Positions 1 to 14,200 of a DNA stretch of 64,000 bases are shown one piece after another (positions within the stretch are counted from its first letter, which is position 1; every line of letters begins with the position of its first letter). Source of the DNA: Hypanus sabinus (lineage: Eukaryota). A program made the position numbers and the translations under genes. Below the pieces are notes generated by a model. The model ran no database searches and had not been told where the DNA came from. It worked only from the letters and a program-made list of their open reading frames with translations. The stretch covers positions 17,360,001-17,424,000 of the forward strand of contig NC_082739.1 of the NCBI RefSeq assembly GCF_030144855.1, given 5' to 3'.

Positions 1-907
1 TAAAGATTATTTTGCAGGATCCAGTGATAAAGACTAGCTCCCACCCAACATATGTGTTCACCAAATCAGGAGAACCTAGATGGTTGTCATGTTTTGTGAT
101 CTTAACTCCAACGTCAAGAAATTATAACCTCCACAGGTTAAGTATTGGTGAAATGGATTCACGTATCTTCAAGGCATTCTTCCTGTTGTATTTTAGAGTT
201 TCAGTTATTGAAGATTCTGTAAAATATGAACTTTTTATCTGCATGATTTTTTAGCTGTACAAAGCACAGAAAGCAGAATTATACAAAGAGGCACTCAACT
301 GTCTCACAGGTATCATTTATAAATGAATAAAATTGAAGATGTAACTGCCTATTATACAGTTTTATTTAACAAAGAGCTAAATAATTAACAGTGTTAGTGG
401 ATAAATACACAGAATTATGTTTCAATACAAGTCTTTGAAGTTGCCACACTGTCAGAGATATTGGAGGTTTGCAAAGGCTTTCTGCTTTCTGAGCAACCTT
501 GTTATGACAATGTATTGTTGCTACCAAGGTCAGGTTGTTGAGCACCGCCATGGATCAACCAGGGGCATGCAGGCAGGTGACAGATCACAGGACACCAGTT
601 CCAAAGACTGTAAGGTTCACATTGGGATGGGTGAATGAGATCAATATATTAGATGGTTGAGGTGGGGTGGGATGGAAGGTTTGTGATCACCTTTGAGCCT
701 CAGTAAATTGGAATGAAATTGTGAGAGGTTGGGGCAGGAGGAGGAGTTTGGAGAGGTATCTAAATAGTGAGAAGGGAGGACAGGATGGGATCAGGGGTAC
801 AACGTATCCTGGGGTCTGGTATTGGAGGTCTGAAAGACATTTGCAGCAAAGTAATTGTGTACAGAAGGTGAATTAACAATATTAGTGAACCTAACTATAA
901 TAGAACC

Positions 908-1125
908 TAAACAGAAAATGCTGGAAATCCTCCTCAGGGTTTCATCATCTGTGGAAAGATGAAGAGAGCTAATGTTCAGGTCCAAGATTTATTAACAGTC
1001 AAAGGGTCCTGTACTCAAAATATTAACTTTGTTTCTCTTTCCACAGACACTGCCTGACCTACAGAGTTCCTCCCGTAGGTTGTTTGTTGCTCCAGATTCC
1101 AGCATCGGCAGTCTCTTGTATCTTC
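908..1125. repeat. Degenerate Penelope-terminus-derived inverted repeat
   Basis: aaaatgctggaaa...catctgtggaaaga versus tttccacagacactgcctgacc...ccagattccagcatc; resembles the 13397-13625 family. Confidence 0.55.
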
Positions 1126-1412
1126 ATGTTGTTTAAGGGATATACATGCCAATGATTTATTGTAAAAGTTGTGTCAAAAGATGGGTAGAATGTATTTCAC
1201 TCCCTACAAGAACATTTGTGATTATGTCCCCCCAGCTTCAGAAGAGCTTGAATTGACCTGCAGCCAAAGATGGCTCTGGCAACCTATAGTGCGAGAGCAT
1301 TAAACATCCTATCAAAGTCGGTGCTAACATCAATGCTAACTATGTCATCTGCAAGAGTTCAACGGAATGTGGCGAGCCTGCATTTTAGCTTCTGTTGTAT
1401 GGGAGCAGGTAG

Positions 1413-1970
1413 NNNNNNNNNNNNNNNNNNNNNNNNNNNNNNNNNNNNNNNNNNNNNNNNNNNNNNNNNNNNNNNNNNNNNNNNNNNNNNNNNNNNNNNN
1501 NNNNNNNNNNNNNNNNNNNNNNNNNNNNNNNNNNNNNNNNNNNNNNNNNNNNNNNNNNNNNNNNNNNNNNNNNNNNNNNNNNNNNNNNNNNNNNNNNNNN
1601 NNNNNNNNNNNNNNNNNNNNNNNNNNNNNNNNNNNNNNNNNNNNNNNNNNNNNNNNNNNNNNNNNNNNNNNNNNNNNNNNNNNNNNNNNNNNNNNNNNNN
1701 NNNNNNNNNNNNNNNNNNNNNNNNNNNNNNNNNNNNNNNNNNNNNNNNNNNNNNNNNNNNNNNNNNNNNNNNNNNNNNNNNNNNNNNNNNNNNNNNNNNN
1801 NNNNNNNNNNNNNNNNNNNNNNNNNNNNNNNNNNNNNNNNNNNNNNNNNNNNNNNNNNNNNNNNNNNNNNNNNNNNNNNNNNNNNNNNNNNNNNNNNNNN
1901 NNNNNNNNNNNNNNNNNNNNNNNNNNNNNNNNNNNNNNNNNNNNNNNNNNNNNNNNNNNNNNNNNNNNNN
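1413..1970. other. Assembly gap (558 N)
   Basis: Run of N characters; ORFs spanning it are artefacts. Confidence 1.
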
Positions 1971-2108
1971 GGTGGCTTCCATACAAGAACACTTCAAAGG
2001 TCTGAGAATAAATTTACCAAATGTCTCAGAGTATCAGTCACCAATTGGGAAGACTTATTAAGAAATCAGAAGCAAAATCTACGCAAATCAAGGACCCCAT
2101 TCTCTCAC

Positions 2109-2242
2109 CAAGGCATGGAGTACAGTCCGTTATCTTCCTCAGTCCCTGGGATTCTCCAAATGTTCCAACAGGACAAGGTTGGGGAGATACACCAGTACCC
2201 TTCGGACAGTATGAACCTTGGGGGCAAGGTTCAGCTTGTTCT
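2109..2242 (-). CDS. Exon w31 (134 nt, 2->1)
   Basis: ttggcag|A GAA ... CTT G|gtgaga; [45 protein letters not shown]. Confidence 0.9.
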
Positions 2243-5200
2243 CTGCCAAGAAAGAGATGGGCATGAGGATGATTAGAAATGCCTAATCAAACCTTAAAGA
2301 AATATTGGTGAAATTAGGGGTTTTGCAATAGCATGAAATGAAAGGTAACTCATTTTATAATCTGCCCAAGATTAAAATACACAATTACCTGTCACATTTA
2401 CTCATGACCAGTTTCACCCCTAATATTACTTAGGTCACTTCATAGCTTGTCACACCAGACAGTCAGTCATTCTTGTCTGGTGCATAGTGTCAGGACTGGA
2501 TTCCTTTTGGATTAACTGGGTCACAAAATGAATGCTCCTGACTCGACCCTTGTTTTTTTTTAAAAAACGAGGCTGAGTGGCTAGCTCGACACTCAACCCG
2601 GCACAAATGGAAAGCGTGCCCTGGGGAGGGGGGGGGGGGGGGGTTGGGGAGCCACTGGGTTCGAACTTGGGAGCCTTCGCTTTCGAAGTCTGGCGCTGAT
2701 ACCACTGCACCACCAGCTGGCTATTTCTTCGGTGAGTAATAGAACTAAATTAGCCAACTGAAATCGAAGCACTAAAATATCTAAAAGGCAAAATGAAGCC
2801 TTCAAAGAAAGCTTGTGGGAATGAGGCAGTGAAAATATTGTAGGTTAATATGATAGGTGCAAGAATAGAACCAATACATTATAAGGATTTGAAATTCTAT
2901 GTAGTTTCATATAGAGGCCTTGATCTGACATACATTTACTGATGTGGAAATCAATTCACAATATGACTGTAAATGCTTGTTAAGCAGTTACAAAATGTGC
3001 TTGTATATTCTAATTTCATTTTATACTTGAAGCTTAAAATAATTACATACCATATATAAATTTAGAAAAATGCAGATATTCAAATTTTAGTTAAAATGAA
3101 CCTTCTGAAATATTAAATTCCATCTGCTTTGTGCTGAATTCCTATTAAATGTGATGGAGCATGTTCTGGTGGCTAATAGTTTACATGGGATAATATAGCA
3201 AGCAAACAAAGGAAAATAACCTCATCTGTCATGATTGCTAAATATGCATTTTACATTTAGAAATACAGTATTTACAGTTTAATTTGTATTCTATTTTTCT
3301 CCTTCCTTAATGTTTTGATTTCATTATGTGGCACTCACGGATGAAGGTTGCATGAACCTGATTTGACATCACTATCGAGACAGATCAAGCACTACACTCA
3401 CTCAAATCACGTAAATGAATTATAAACAAGTGTGATATAATGATTATAACACCTGGTCATTGCATGTCTGAGTCTAGAAGCTTCTGGTGTCTTGCATAGA
3501 TTTTGAAAGCGAATATGTGTCATCTCTATAAGAGTACATTCCAATGCAATGTACATTGCATCTTACCTGTTCGTGCACTGGTATCCTTCAGGGCAGGTGA
3601 AACATTCTTTTGCTCCTGTGTGGTTCACAAATTTCCCATTTTCACATGGTGTTGGCACAGCAGAACCCAATGGGCAATAGTGACCAACAGGACAAATGTC
3701 ACCTGAATTCATAGAAAGTATTAAACAACGTCTGAGTGATGCTCAAGAGAACATTGAGAATTTAGTAACAGCAGCACCTTGCTGCTGTTCTCCTGCATAA
3801 TTACCAGTATTATTTAATCTTACTGTGTATTCTGTAGTCATTCATACTTGCACAGAGCTCTATTGAGGGAGATCTGCTCAAGGTAGGAATAGGATTAGTG
3901 GTTAGGCACAAAAGTGCATTTCACTGATCCCAGAAAGATCAATTTAAAACCAAATGACACTAAAAAATTAAATAGAGGGTCTTGGAAGATTTGTTTCATA
4001 ATATAATCTGAGTTTTATTTACAGGTTTGTTTATCAGCATATCTCACTGCTGACTTAATATTCTCAGAAGCATTTTCAATAGGATATGTAACTATCTTTA
4101 CCCATTACATTGCAAATAAATACAATATAGATATACTTATGTTTTAGCATTTATTCTGTAAATAGAATTAGAGCTGTACTCTTTAAGGAATAGAATGTTT
4201 ATATTGGAAGACTTTTCAAAACATGTTTAAGCTCGCTCGAGAACTGCTTGAGAGATGATAGCATTTACTCTCATTGGCTATACGCAGAGCCAAATCAAAA
4301 ACAGTTGATAATTAAATATGGTACCTGTAATGCCGTCAAGAGGTGTGGCACTCTTTGCTCCCTGCTTACAATAAAATCCCGGGTCACAAAATTCTCCAGC
4401 ACTGTCTCTGCCCATTTTGCTACAATAGAAACCTTCAGAAATGCAAAATCAGGCTCATATCATGACAATAAACTTAGGCGTGAGCTCCAAAATGGCATGC
4501 TTTGTTAGACACTGTGGGTCAACGATCATTTCATTTGCACAAATGTATATTATTTATTCGTCCAGAGCCATCTAGATTTAAATAAGGACCTAAGCTGGTA
4601 AATGCACTCAAATATCAATGGTGAATATAGTTTTAATTGCACACAAACCTGAGGGACACAGTGCACAGTCTTCCTCACTCTTGCCTTGTGTTGTTGATCG
4701 GAACGTTCCAGATGGACATGGGATGGGTATGGCCGCAGCTTTGGGACAGTAGTGACCAGGAGGGCAAATGTCACCAGTGGGAGCTGGAGATTGGGATCCC
4801 TCGAGGCAGAAAAATCCTAAAGTGAAAAAAAACTCGGGACAGTGATTGAAAAGTGGTGGAATTAACAGCATTCTGGTTTGCCTTTGAACTCTAATCCAGT
4901 TTAACTTCAGAACATGTAGTAAGATGAGAAAGACTGAGGTGTCTTCCAGAGTTACTACTTGTGCATGGAATCTTTAGTCAGCTGGAAAAGGCATTCTTCA
5001 TCTTTGGTTAAGTATGCACATACTTTTACCTTAGACAATCAATTTTAATTCTGTTCAATCCTTCACATATTTCTAATGGCTTTTGCCAATCATAAAAATA
5101 GCCCACTTGACAGCCCATCGGAATACAAGATTTTGAAATCTTTTACATTATTAAATCAAGTACTACTCTGTCCCATTGCTTTATTCATGAATCATACTGT

Positions 5201-8200
5201 TAACCAAAACCTCATAGATATAGTAACACGACCCAAAGCTTGTAGTAAGTTAACAATTAGAAATCAATAGAACAAGAGAGCGTGAGAAGCTTGAAGGTGA
5301 GGTGGGTGGGGGGGGGGGGGGGGGGGGTCCAAGTAGAAAGAAAGTGCTGGAGATGTGATAAAAGTTCATCAATGGGGTGGTGGGGGTAAGATTCCTTGCT
5401 GGAAAAAAAGGGGGCAGTAGAAGGGATAGAGCTTACTTCCAGTTAATTTAGCAATAATTCAGTGGTAGTGATGCATTATAAATGTATGCCTATGGACACC
5501 TGCACATATGAAGGAGCTCCCCAAATTATTAAACTCAAACGAGAACCAGTCTTGAAAAGTATGCAACTTCCCCACCATAACCAGACTCTATTACGTCTTA
5601 AGAACATGGGCTGACAATTCCATTGCAGGAGGCCACTTGAAGGAGTTGCTTTGGAAATTGACAAGAAATTGCTGCTGTTTGTGCAATAATACTCTGTTAA
5701 ACAATGGAACAGCCGCTAATAAGGAACAGGCACAAAGGCAGTGTGGACCATCCTGATACTGCTCCACTGTAACTGGGCAGGGGAAGACAATAAATTAATG
5801 ATTGTGTTCAGGTTCATATCACATTATTCAGTACTGTATTCAATATTATGAAAATAAGGTTATCACACCAAATTATTTTTGTGTATTTTCTGACTTATGG
5901 ACAAAATCTGTAAAAATGGAAAATGTTTGTAAACTGGTGATGGCCTGAATAAGAAATTACCAGGACTCGATATGACACATTACCTGCCTGACAAGGCCCT
6001 GACACCGCAGTAGCTCCCATTTCATTGCAGTACTGTCCAGGGGTACAAGATTGACAGTGTGAGGCTCCAGTTAGTCCTCGTTTCTCGCTGTAAAAGCCAC
6101 AAGATTAAACGTTACATACCAAATGACAGATAGGAATGCAATAGTGTCAGTATTACTCTAAATCAGGGTTTCCCAACTTCTTTATGCCATGGACCAATAC
6201 CATTAAGCAAGTGGTCCATGGACGCCAGATTGAGAACCCCTGCTTTAAATATTTTCAGATGAATTCATTAAAGAGGAATACAAAATCATAAGGCCAAAGT
6301 CAATACTTCCCTTTCTTAATGTTTTGGAATTGTAAGAACAATTGTTACTGGGCAATTTTCAAAATTGTTGCACAAAACAATGAGTGACAAATTAAAATGG
6401 TGCACATTTAATTATAACCAAAAGAGATTAATATAAAATGGAAAACCAACAAGCATTGATTGGAATATTTCAAAATGAAAGGCACTGAGGCTGATGGAAG
6501 GATTAATCTACTTTAGTCTTTCAACAAAATCTGAGTATGTAATTCACCCCATCCCATCAAACATGAGTTAAAGTTCAAAAACTGATATCCAGATATAATG
6601 TTTGTGCCAGCTATGAAAGGTTAAACATCCACTGGATAACATTTCAAGCTGCCTGTTACACTTGCTGGTATTTAGGACAGCAATAAAGGTCCTCATTCTG
6701 CTTGGCAGTGCTCAGGGCTTCCTTTATCATTGCAGTAACTTCCACTTGGCTTTTACTACTAATGCAAGTCCCAGGTGGAGACCCAGGAATACTATCACAC
6801 AAAGATGTAGAAAGATTCTTCATTGCTGTTACCATAACAGTTTTATTTGACTAATTGGGGTTCAGCTCAAAGTTAACAACCCCCGAACCTGGAGGACTGG
6901 TGGACCACTCAGTCTGTCCTCTATCCTCTGACCTGTTTGGCATGGGTGACCCTACCAACAGCCTTGACTCCAGCCAATATAGCTCTCCAGGTCACTGAGG
7001 TATGTAAGCCACCAAGATATGACAAGGTTGTGGTCCTCTTGGAGCCACAAAGCTGGTGCCCAGTAAGAGGGCTTTAAAGGCTTCTGTCTAGCTTTACTCA
7101 TGCAGGAGCCTCCATTTGGAGAATCAGTCTTCAACCTTAAGATCAATATTGAAAAGGTGAGCAAAATTATTGGGTGTTTTGATAGTGAATTAATAATTAC
7201 ACAAAACTTTTTATACTTGCATTTAAATAACTGGCATTTAAAAACACTCACAATGGTGCTTCAACAGTGATTCTGTCTTATCAAAAATACCTGAAGGTTC
7301 CTTTTGGACAAGGCTGTGCTGTGATACTACCAGCTGGACAGTAGGATCCTGGTAAACACTGCTTTCCTGTAATCCCATCATTTGGGGTTGGTACAGTAGC
7401 TCCCTGGACACACAAGTACCCAGCACTGCACGGTCCAGATGGCTTAGTGTTTCCTGAGAAAAAAATAAAAAGACAATACATTCTACTTTCTGCATACAGC
7501 AATCTAATTAACCTTCGTAATACCAGGTGAATACCCCTTATCCAAAATGTTTGGGGCCAGAAGAGTTGTGGATTTTTTAGGATTTTGGAATATATAATGA
7601 GCTAGCTTGGGATCGCCATCATTTCCAACTCTGAATTTATGTGCTACTGATAAGAGGTCTTTGTCTTACGCTTGTTCTTCACACATATGTACTTAACAGT
7701 AAAAATTATTACAAACCACTAATATAATGAGCACATACCAGTCCTTATAGAGGGATCAAAAGTAGACAGAGTGAGCAGTTTCAAGTTCCTGGGCGTCAAG
7801 ATCTCAGAGGATCTAACCTGGTCCCAACATATCAATGAAGTTAGAAAGAAGGCAAGACAGCGGCTATACTGTATGAGGAGTTTGAAGAGCTTTGGCATGT
7901 CAACAAATATACTCAAAAACATCTATAGCTGTACCATGGGAGGGGGGGGGGGCTACTGCACAGGATCAAAAGAAGCTGCAGAGGGTTGTAAATCTAGTCA
8001 GCTCCATCTTGGGTACTAGCCTACAAAGTACCCAGGACATCTTCAAGGAGTGGTGTCTCAGAAAGACAGCGTCCATTATTAAGGACCTCCAGCACCCAGG
8101 GCATGCCCTTTTCTCACTGTTACCATCAGGTAGGAGGTACAGGAGCCTGAAGGCACACACTCAGTGATTCAGGAACAGATTTTTCCCCTCTGCCATCTGA

Positions 8201-11200
8201 TTCCTAAATAGACTTTGAATCTTTGGACACTACCTCATTTTCTTAATATATATTATTTCTGCTTTTTGCACGATGTTTAATCTATTCAATATACGTATAC
8301 TGTAATTGAATTACTTATTTTTTATTATTATTTTTATTATTATTTATTCTTCTTCTATATTATGTATTGCATTGAACTGCTGCTGCTAAGTTAACAAATT
8401 TCATGACACATGCGGTGATCATAAACCTGATTCTGATGTTAGCGCTAAATAAAAATTCACACTTCGGAGGTTTTAGGGTTTTGGAAATTCGAATAAGGAG
8501 TACTCAACCTCTATAGATTTTGGTGAATAGTAAATCTGAAAGCAGCTTGAACTTGAACTCAGTGTGCACTATTTCCCCGAATTTCTCTGTAGAGCAGGAT
8601 CAGGTTTATTTTTGGGATTCATTTTTGGGAGTATTTTTATTTCATTTGTTTAATTGGGGACTTCGGGAATTGTGAAGCTGAGGCGCAAGTGAAGCATAAG
8701 TGTCTAGAGGATACCTGAACCCAGACAGTACATTCCAGGATCACAAGGTAAACAGTCCAATGCATTGTGCATCCCGGTTCGATTCCCGTAGGTACCCTCA
8801 GGACAGAAGAACTGGCTTGCAGATGCAGTACCTGGTGGACAATATGAGCCTAATGGGCAGATGATAGGTTGATGAACTCCTTGAAGAGAGACACAGTGGG
8901 GTGGGGGGGTGGGTGGGAGGGATTGGAAGCAAACATATAAATAAATGAGAATGAAACACTAATAAATATAACGGCAAGCGTGAACTAGCCAGTTATACAT
9001 TTCTACATAATTTTATTCTTAAGATTATTCTCTGCCACATCAACAGAAAGGTATTCCATTGTTACCTTGTGATTGGCAGAAGAATCCTGCGGGACAAACT
9101 TCACACTCTTCCGTTGCCCATTTAGATTGGTAATGGCCTGGCGAACAGCTAGTTTGATTGGCACTTCCCTAGGAATTTGAGAGTGCTATTATATCAAGAT
9201 AATGCACCAGCATAATTTTAACTCACTGAGACAATGTCAGTCACTTTCATGAACCACTCTGTATTTGAGCAACTTCAGTCTTGTTTCACAGATATCCAAC
9301 ACTACTTATTCTTAACTTATTTTTTCTGTTTCTGTTTTCAATTATTCTTAACAAATTCTACTTGAAAACAAAGACTTCTGTGCTGGAGAAGAGATTCATA
9401 TGCAAGTGAGATACGATAGACATTGAGAGATCATTGGAATTCCGATAAACCTACACAAAGAAAGCACTCAATTAATGTCACATCTGTTTCTTTTAATTGG
9501 ATGGGATGCTAAATTCTAAATTACATAAAGTGGCAAATAATGGAATAGTAGAAATCCTTCATTTTAATGCACTAGCTTAAAACATCTCCAAATGGAGCAA
9601 CTAATATCTAGAATCAAAGTCATCCAGGGTTCAACTCAGATTCCACTGTTCGGTAATGTGCTGAAATTTTCAGCTATTCTTGGCATCAAGCTGGAATTAA
9701 ATAGCTGGCATCAGGATTGATCTTCCATGATCAACATCAGAGACTGTTACAGAAAGCCCAGTGATAAGTAATATCATCATCGTACTGAAATTTATTTGCA
9801 TCATTTCACTGTAAACCTGACAGTAGTTTCTAACACCTGCTTATACTTAGTGAAGTGCCTACAGCACTATCTATGAAACCCCATTTTTCCATAGGGAACC
9901 CCATTAGAGGTTTTTAAGATGGACTTAATGTTGAATTATAAAATAAATAAGTCAGCGTAAAATGTTACTAAGATTATGGCACCAATGAACAAAAATCTTA
10001 TCTTTTCAAATTAAACAGATTTTAAATAGTACACTAAGCAAATTATCCAGGCAAACAACTGCTTGTGCCTGAAAAAAAGTGTACGGTGGCTGTAATTAAT
10101 AGGCTACTGGAAAAATATTGGGGAGAAGGTTAAGTTTAATGAATATAACATATGATTTAAACATCACAATGGTCTTCCTTCAAATTGCATGCTACTTGCA
10201 CCATTTTAGAAAAACAAAAGAGAATATTAATTCTGCTGACCTCAGGGCAGAAATGACCTGGCGAACACGTGAACTCCAAAGGCCGTTGCACAATCTGCCC
10301 TCCTGGACAGTAGTATCCTGCACTGCAAACACCCGATGGAGTTGACAAGCCGTAACCTGTACAGTAATGACCGGATGGGCAAGGTCTGCAATCAGCTAAA
10401 GCAGCTCCTCCTAAAACAGCTTTGTGAGGAAAATGACAAAAAAAAAGTTAAAAACAGCAAGACAAAAAACATTATTTTATAGTCAATAAATGAGGACTTG
10501 TATCATTATCTTAAAAAATGTGTGTAGGGTAACATTTTATGTTATAGCTTTTGATAATACTTCTATTAGTATTCTTCTTGTAGATCGTATATTCCTAATA
10601 ATATTATTGATGATGACCAGAATGAAATTGTAGGTTCACACCAATTGAAGCCTTTCCACAGTAAACGTGCACCTTTTATTTCAGCTCCATATTATACATA
10701 AAAAGATTCATCTAAGAGGGCCACCAATTTAACCATTAACTTAATATGATTTGTGCTTTTGTACACCTTCAACAGGTGTGGCTGTAGTAAGACACAAGCT
10801 AGGTAACTCTTCTTAGGATCACTGCACACCAGAAAATGGGAAATTATTCAAGAAAATAACTGAATGAGATCTATCTGCTGAGGGACTCTTTCTTTTATGC
10901 TTATACAGAGGAAATGAGATGTTGCCTGCTTGCCATCTGCTGGCAACAAGAGGAAATGTAGCTGAATTAGATTTTAAAAATTTCAGCATGGAAGTTATTA
11001 TCCATATCTAGATTATTACATCAAAAGTATCAACATAAAATATGATAGAACAAAACTGTAATTAAATCCATTTGTTTACTGTTCTGTAGGACCAACAAAG
11101 AACTGGCTGGAGCACAAGGTTCCCTAAGATTCAGTAGGTTCATCTTCATACTGATATGAAAATACTGATGCAACTGTAGCCTAAAATATCCTGCCAGAAT

Positions 11201-14200
11201 ATAGGTAAGAATATTTATTAAGCAGCAATCAAAACACTGGAATTTCAAATGTCTTTTTGGTCTCCAACCTGGGTTAGGAGTTTTTAATTTCCCTTTCTTT
11301 TATCTTACGATGGAAAGGATAGATGATGGATATATTAGTAAAATGGAAGTGGTGGGGGGGGGGGGGAAGATCTTATTGGATGTCTAGGGTCAGCTTGGGG
11401 GGTCAATGTGGTCATTTGTGTCCAGATCTTATCAGATATTTGTACCTTCATAAGAAAATCATTAAAATTTTAACAAACCCTATAAAACTAGAACTCGAAA
11501 TCAATATTACTAATATTCTTACCCAACAGGGTCCCAGGAGGGCAAGGTTTTGAATAGCTTGTTCCTTCTGGACAGTAATGTCCTACAGGACAGGGCTTGG
11601 AGTTGGGAATTGTTGCAGTACCCTCACACAGAAACCCAGCAGTACATAGGCCAGTCGGAGCTGAGAGACCGGACTGCTCACAGTATAATCCAACATCACA
11701 TGGAACTGGTTCAGAAGAACCTTCAGGACAATAGAATCCTAAGGGAAGAAATCATTGTCACCTACTGATCAACTGTTAATTGAATAATAAGTTGTATGGA
11801 TAATACAATGATATACTGGATTAATATTATCAAGATGACTTGCTGGATACATGGAATGGGAAACTAAAGAGATGATAGGCAACCATAGATTCATTTTTAA
11901 GAACAAAATCACAGCATCACCTACTGTTTTTTCACCTCTAAAGATTCAACTGAAATATAGCTTATATAAAATCTTTACTATGGCTGTATAATCCCTTTAT
12001 ATTTCCATAATATACAGAATCCTCCATTTCTTTCTTGAGTAGAGGCCCAACCTTTCTCCTTCACCTGCACATGCATTCACCTGGTTAAACGTTAAATAAC
12101 TTCTTCAAATCTCCTCACTTTCTTCATACGAACAGTATAGCTCTGGGCACTCACATGGATTCAGCTACATCTGTTTTTTGCAGTATTGTTTCGGTCCTAC
12201 CCGAACACACTCCCTCAGCTCTATTTCCGCTACATCAGTAGCTGCACTGGTGCTGCTTCCCCTACTCTAGAAAAACTCACCATTCATTACTTTGAGGCCA
12301 AATACCACCTTGTCCTCATCTTCACAGGGTCTCATCTAAGTCACCTCATCTTTGTCTGGATCTCTCTGTCTCCATTTAAGAAGATAGTCTATCCAAATCC
12401 ATTACAAGCCTACTGATTCACACAGATAGCCTACTGTCTATCTAACCCTGCCTCCCGTAGGACTCTATTCCATTCTCCATCCATTGCATTTGCTGTGATG
12501 ATGAGCCTCTAAAAAGGGTTCATTCTAACTGAACTGTGCTTACCCCTACCATCATTAACAAAGCTCACGACAGTATCTCATTTGTTTCCTCTATCTCTGC
12601 TCTTATATTCTGGGACAGAACAAGGAGTTTCTCAGGTCCTCACTTTTCATCCTATCAGCTTCCCCATTCAACATATCACTTCTGCCACCTTCAGAAGAGA
12701 TTCCACAACTAGACATATTTTTCCTTACAGCATTTCAGAGAGTGAACCAACTCGTTACAGAGACGAAGTCAACTGAAGGCGCAGCAATGACATTGTCATC
12801 TATTATGATCCACATCATGCTCGACTCTAGTGATGTCTTACTACTATTACCACTGCAAAGGTCACAATGGCTTACCCACAGTGCTTCTGGCTTTCTGTGA
12901 TATCTGACCCTATGTGCACTTGAAGCATCCCTGTTGATTTTGGTTTAAAAATCAGTAGAATTTGACAGCAGAATATAATGCTAGGATTATATTCTACTAT
13001 TATATTCTATCATGTATTAGCATTCAAAAATGTTCATAATGTTTTAGTCTGGTGATATGATTTCCATTCAACTCTGAACCAACTGAAGTTCTCCATAATG
13101 CTCCTAGCTACATGATTTACATAACATTAGTATTTTTTTTAATTTGAAAAAAATAGTGGACTCCATTTAACTGGGACACATTGGGAAAACAGTGCATTTT
13201 GGCCCAATTAAGTGGCTCCCTAATTAGCCAAATTTTCATGGAAATAGTTTAAAAAGGTCTTAAAAAAAGACAAACTATGATTTGAGCAACAATTTATGTA
13301 TTAAATGAAATACAGAACAAATTGGAATACTACTAATATTACAGTACTATAAAATTGTGCCATAGTTCCTAATAGTTATTGATGGAATTCATCCAGCACA
13401 CACAAAATGCTGGTGGAACACAGCAGGCCAGGCAGCATCTATAGGGAGAAGCGCTGTCGACGTTTCAGGCCGAGACCTTTCGTCAGAACTAATGAAGGGT
13501 CTCGGCCCAAAACGTCGACAGTGCTTCTCCCTATAGATGGTGCCTGGCCTGCTGTGTTCCACCAGCATTTTATGTGTGTTGCTTGAATTTCCAGCATCTG
13601 CAGATTTCCTCGTGTTTGCCTTTGCAATTCATCCAGTGTTCTTTTGATTGACTGTAAATGAACAAAATCAGCGCAGACACCGAATGCAGATAATGTACTA
13701 CCTTCATACAATGTTTTTGATGGTTGCATCCTCCAAATCTTAATTTTCATTGCAATATTCAAGATGATTGTTGATACCTTCAAAATTTTTTGTAATGCCC
13801 AACTTGTTGAAGTAGTGAAATTGTTTCATTATCAATCCTAGCCATTTCTGACAACTCCAAGCAATGCTTGAAACCATAGGGAGCAAAACGGTTTTGAATC
13901 ACCTACTGCTTATTTACCACCAACTATCAATGACATAAAGCACAATTTTTTGAATAAGAACACACACAATTGACGCTATTTCAAAACTGCTTGCTCTAAA
14001 CATAGTCTAACAGCCACACAATTGCACGTGACTGATGTTAGTTGGAAACTATCGAACAGAAGGTCCCAGTTAAGAGGCATAGTGTCCCAAATAAACAAAA
14101 GGAATCACATCTATTTTCTAAATTAATATTTGTTTTTTTAATAGTTGTCCCAAATAAGTGGCTGCCCCGATTAACCAATGGCCCAATTAACCGGAATCCA

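Noticed and set aside
1270-2061. Long ORFs of 212-263 aa
   Set aside because: They are translations through the N gap.
2563-2721. Possible tRNA gene
   Set aside because: A/B boxes are present, but it continues into a body shared with 34870-35004 and I see no convincing cloverleaf, so it is a SINE.
6860-7055. Possible RTE-related SINE/5'UTR fragment (and an old repeat-like stretch at 49130-49290)
   Set aside because: Looks repeat-like, but I cannot assign a family or boundaries from the sequence alone.
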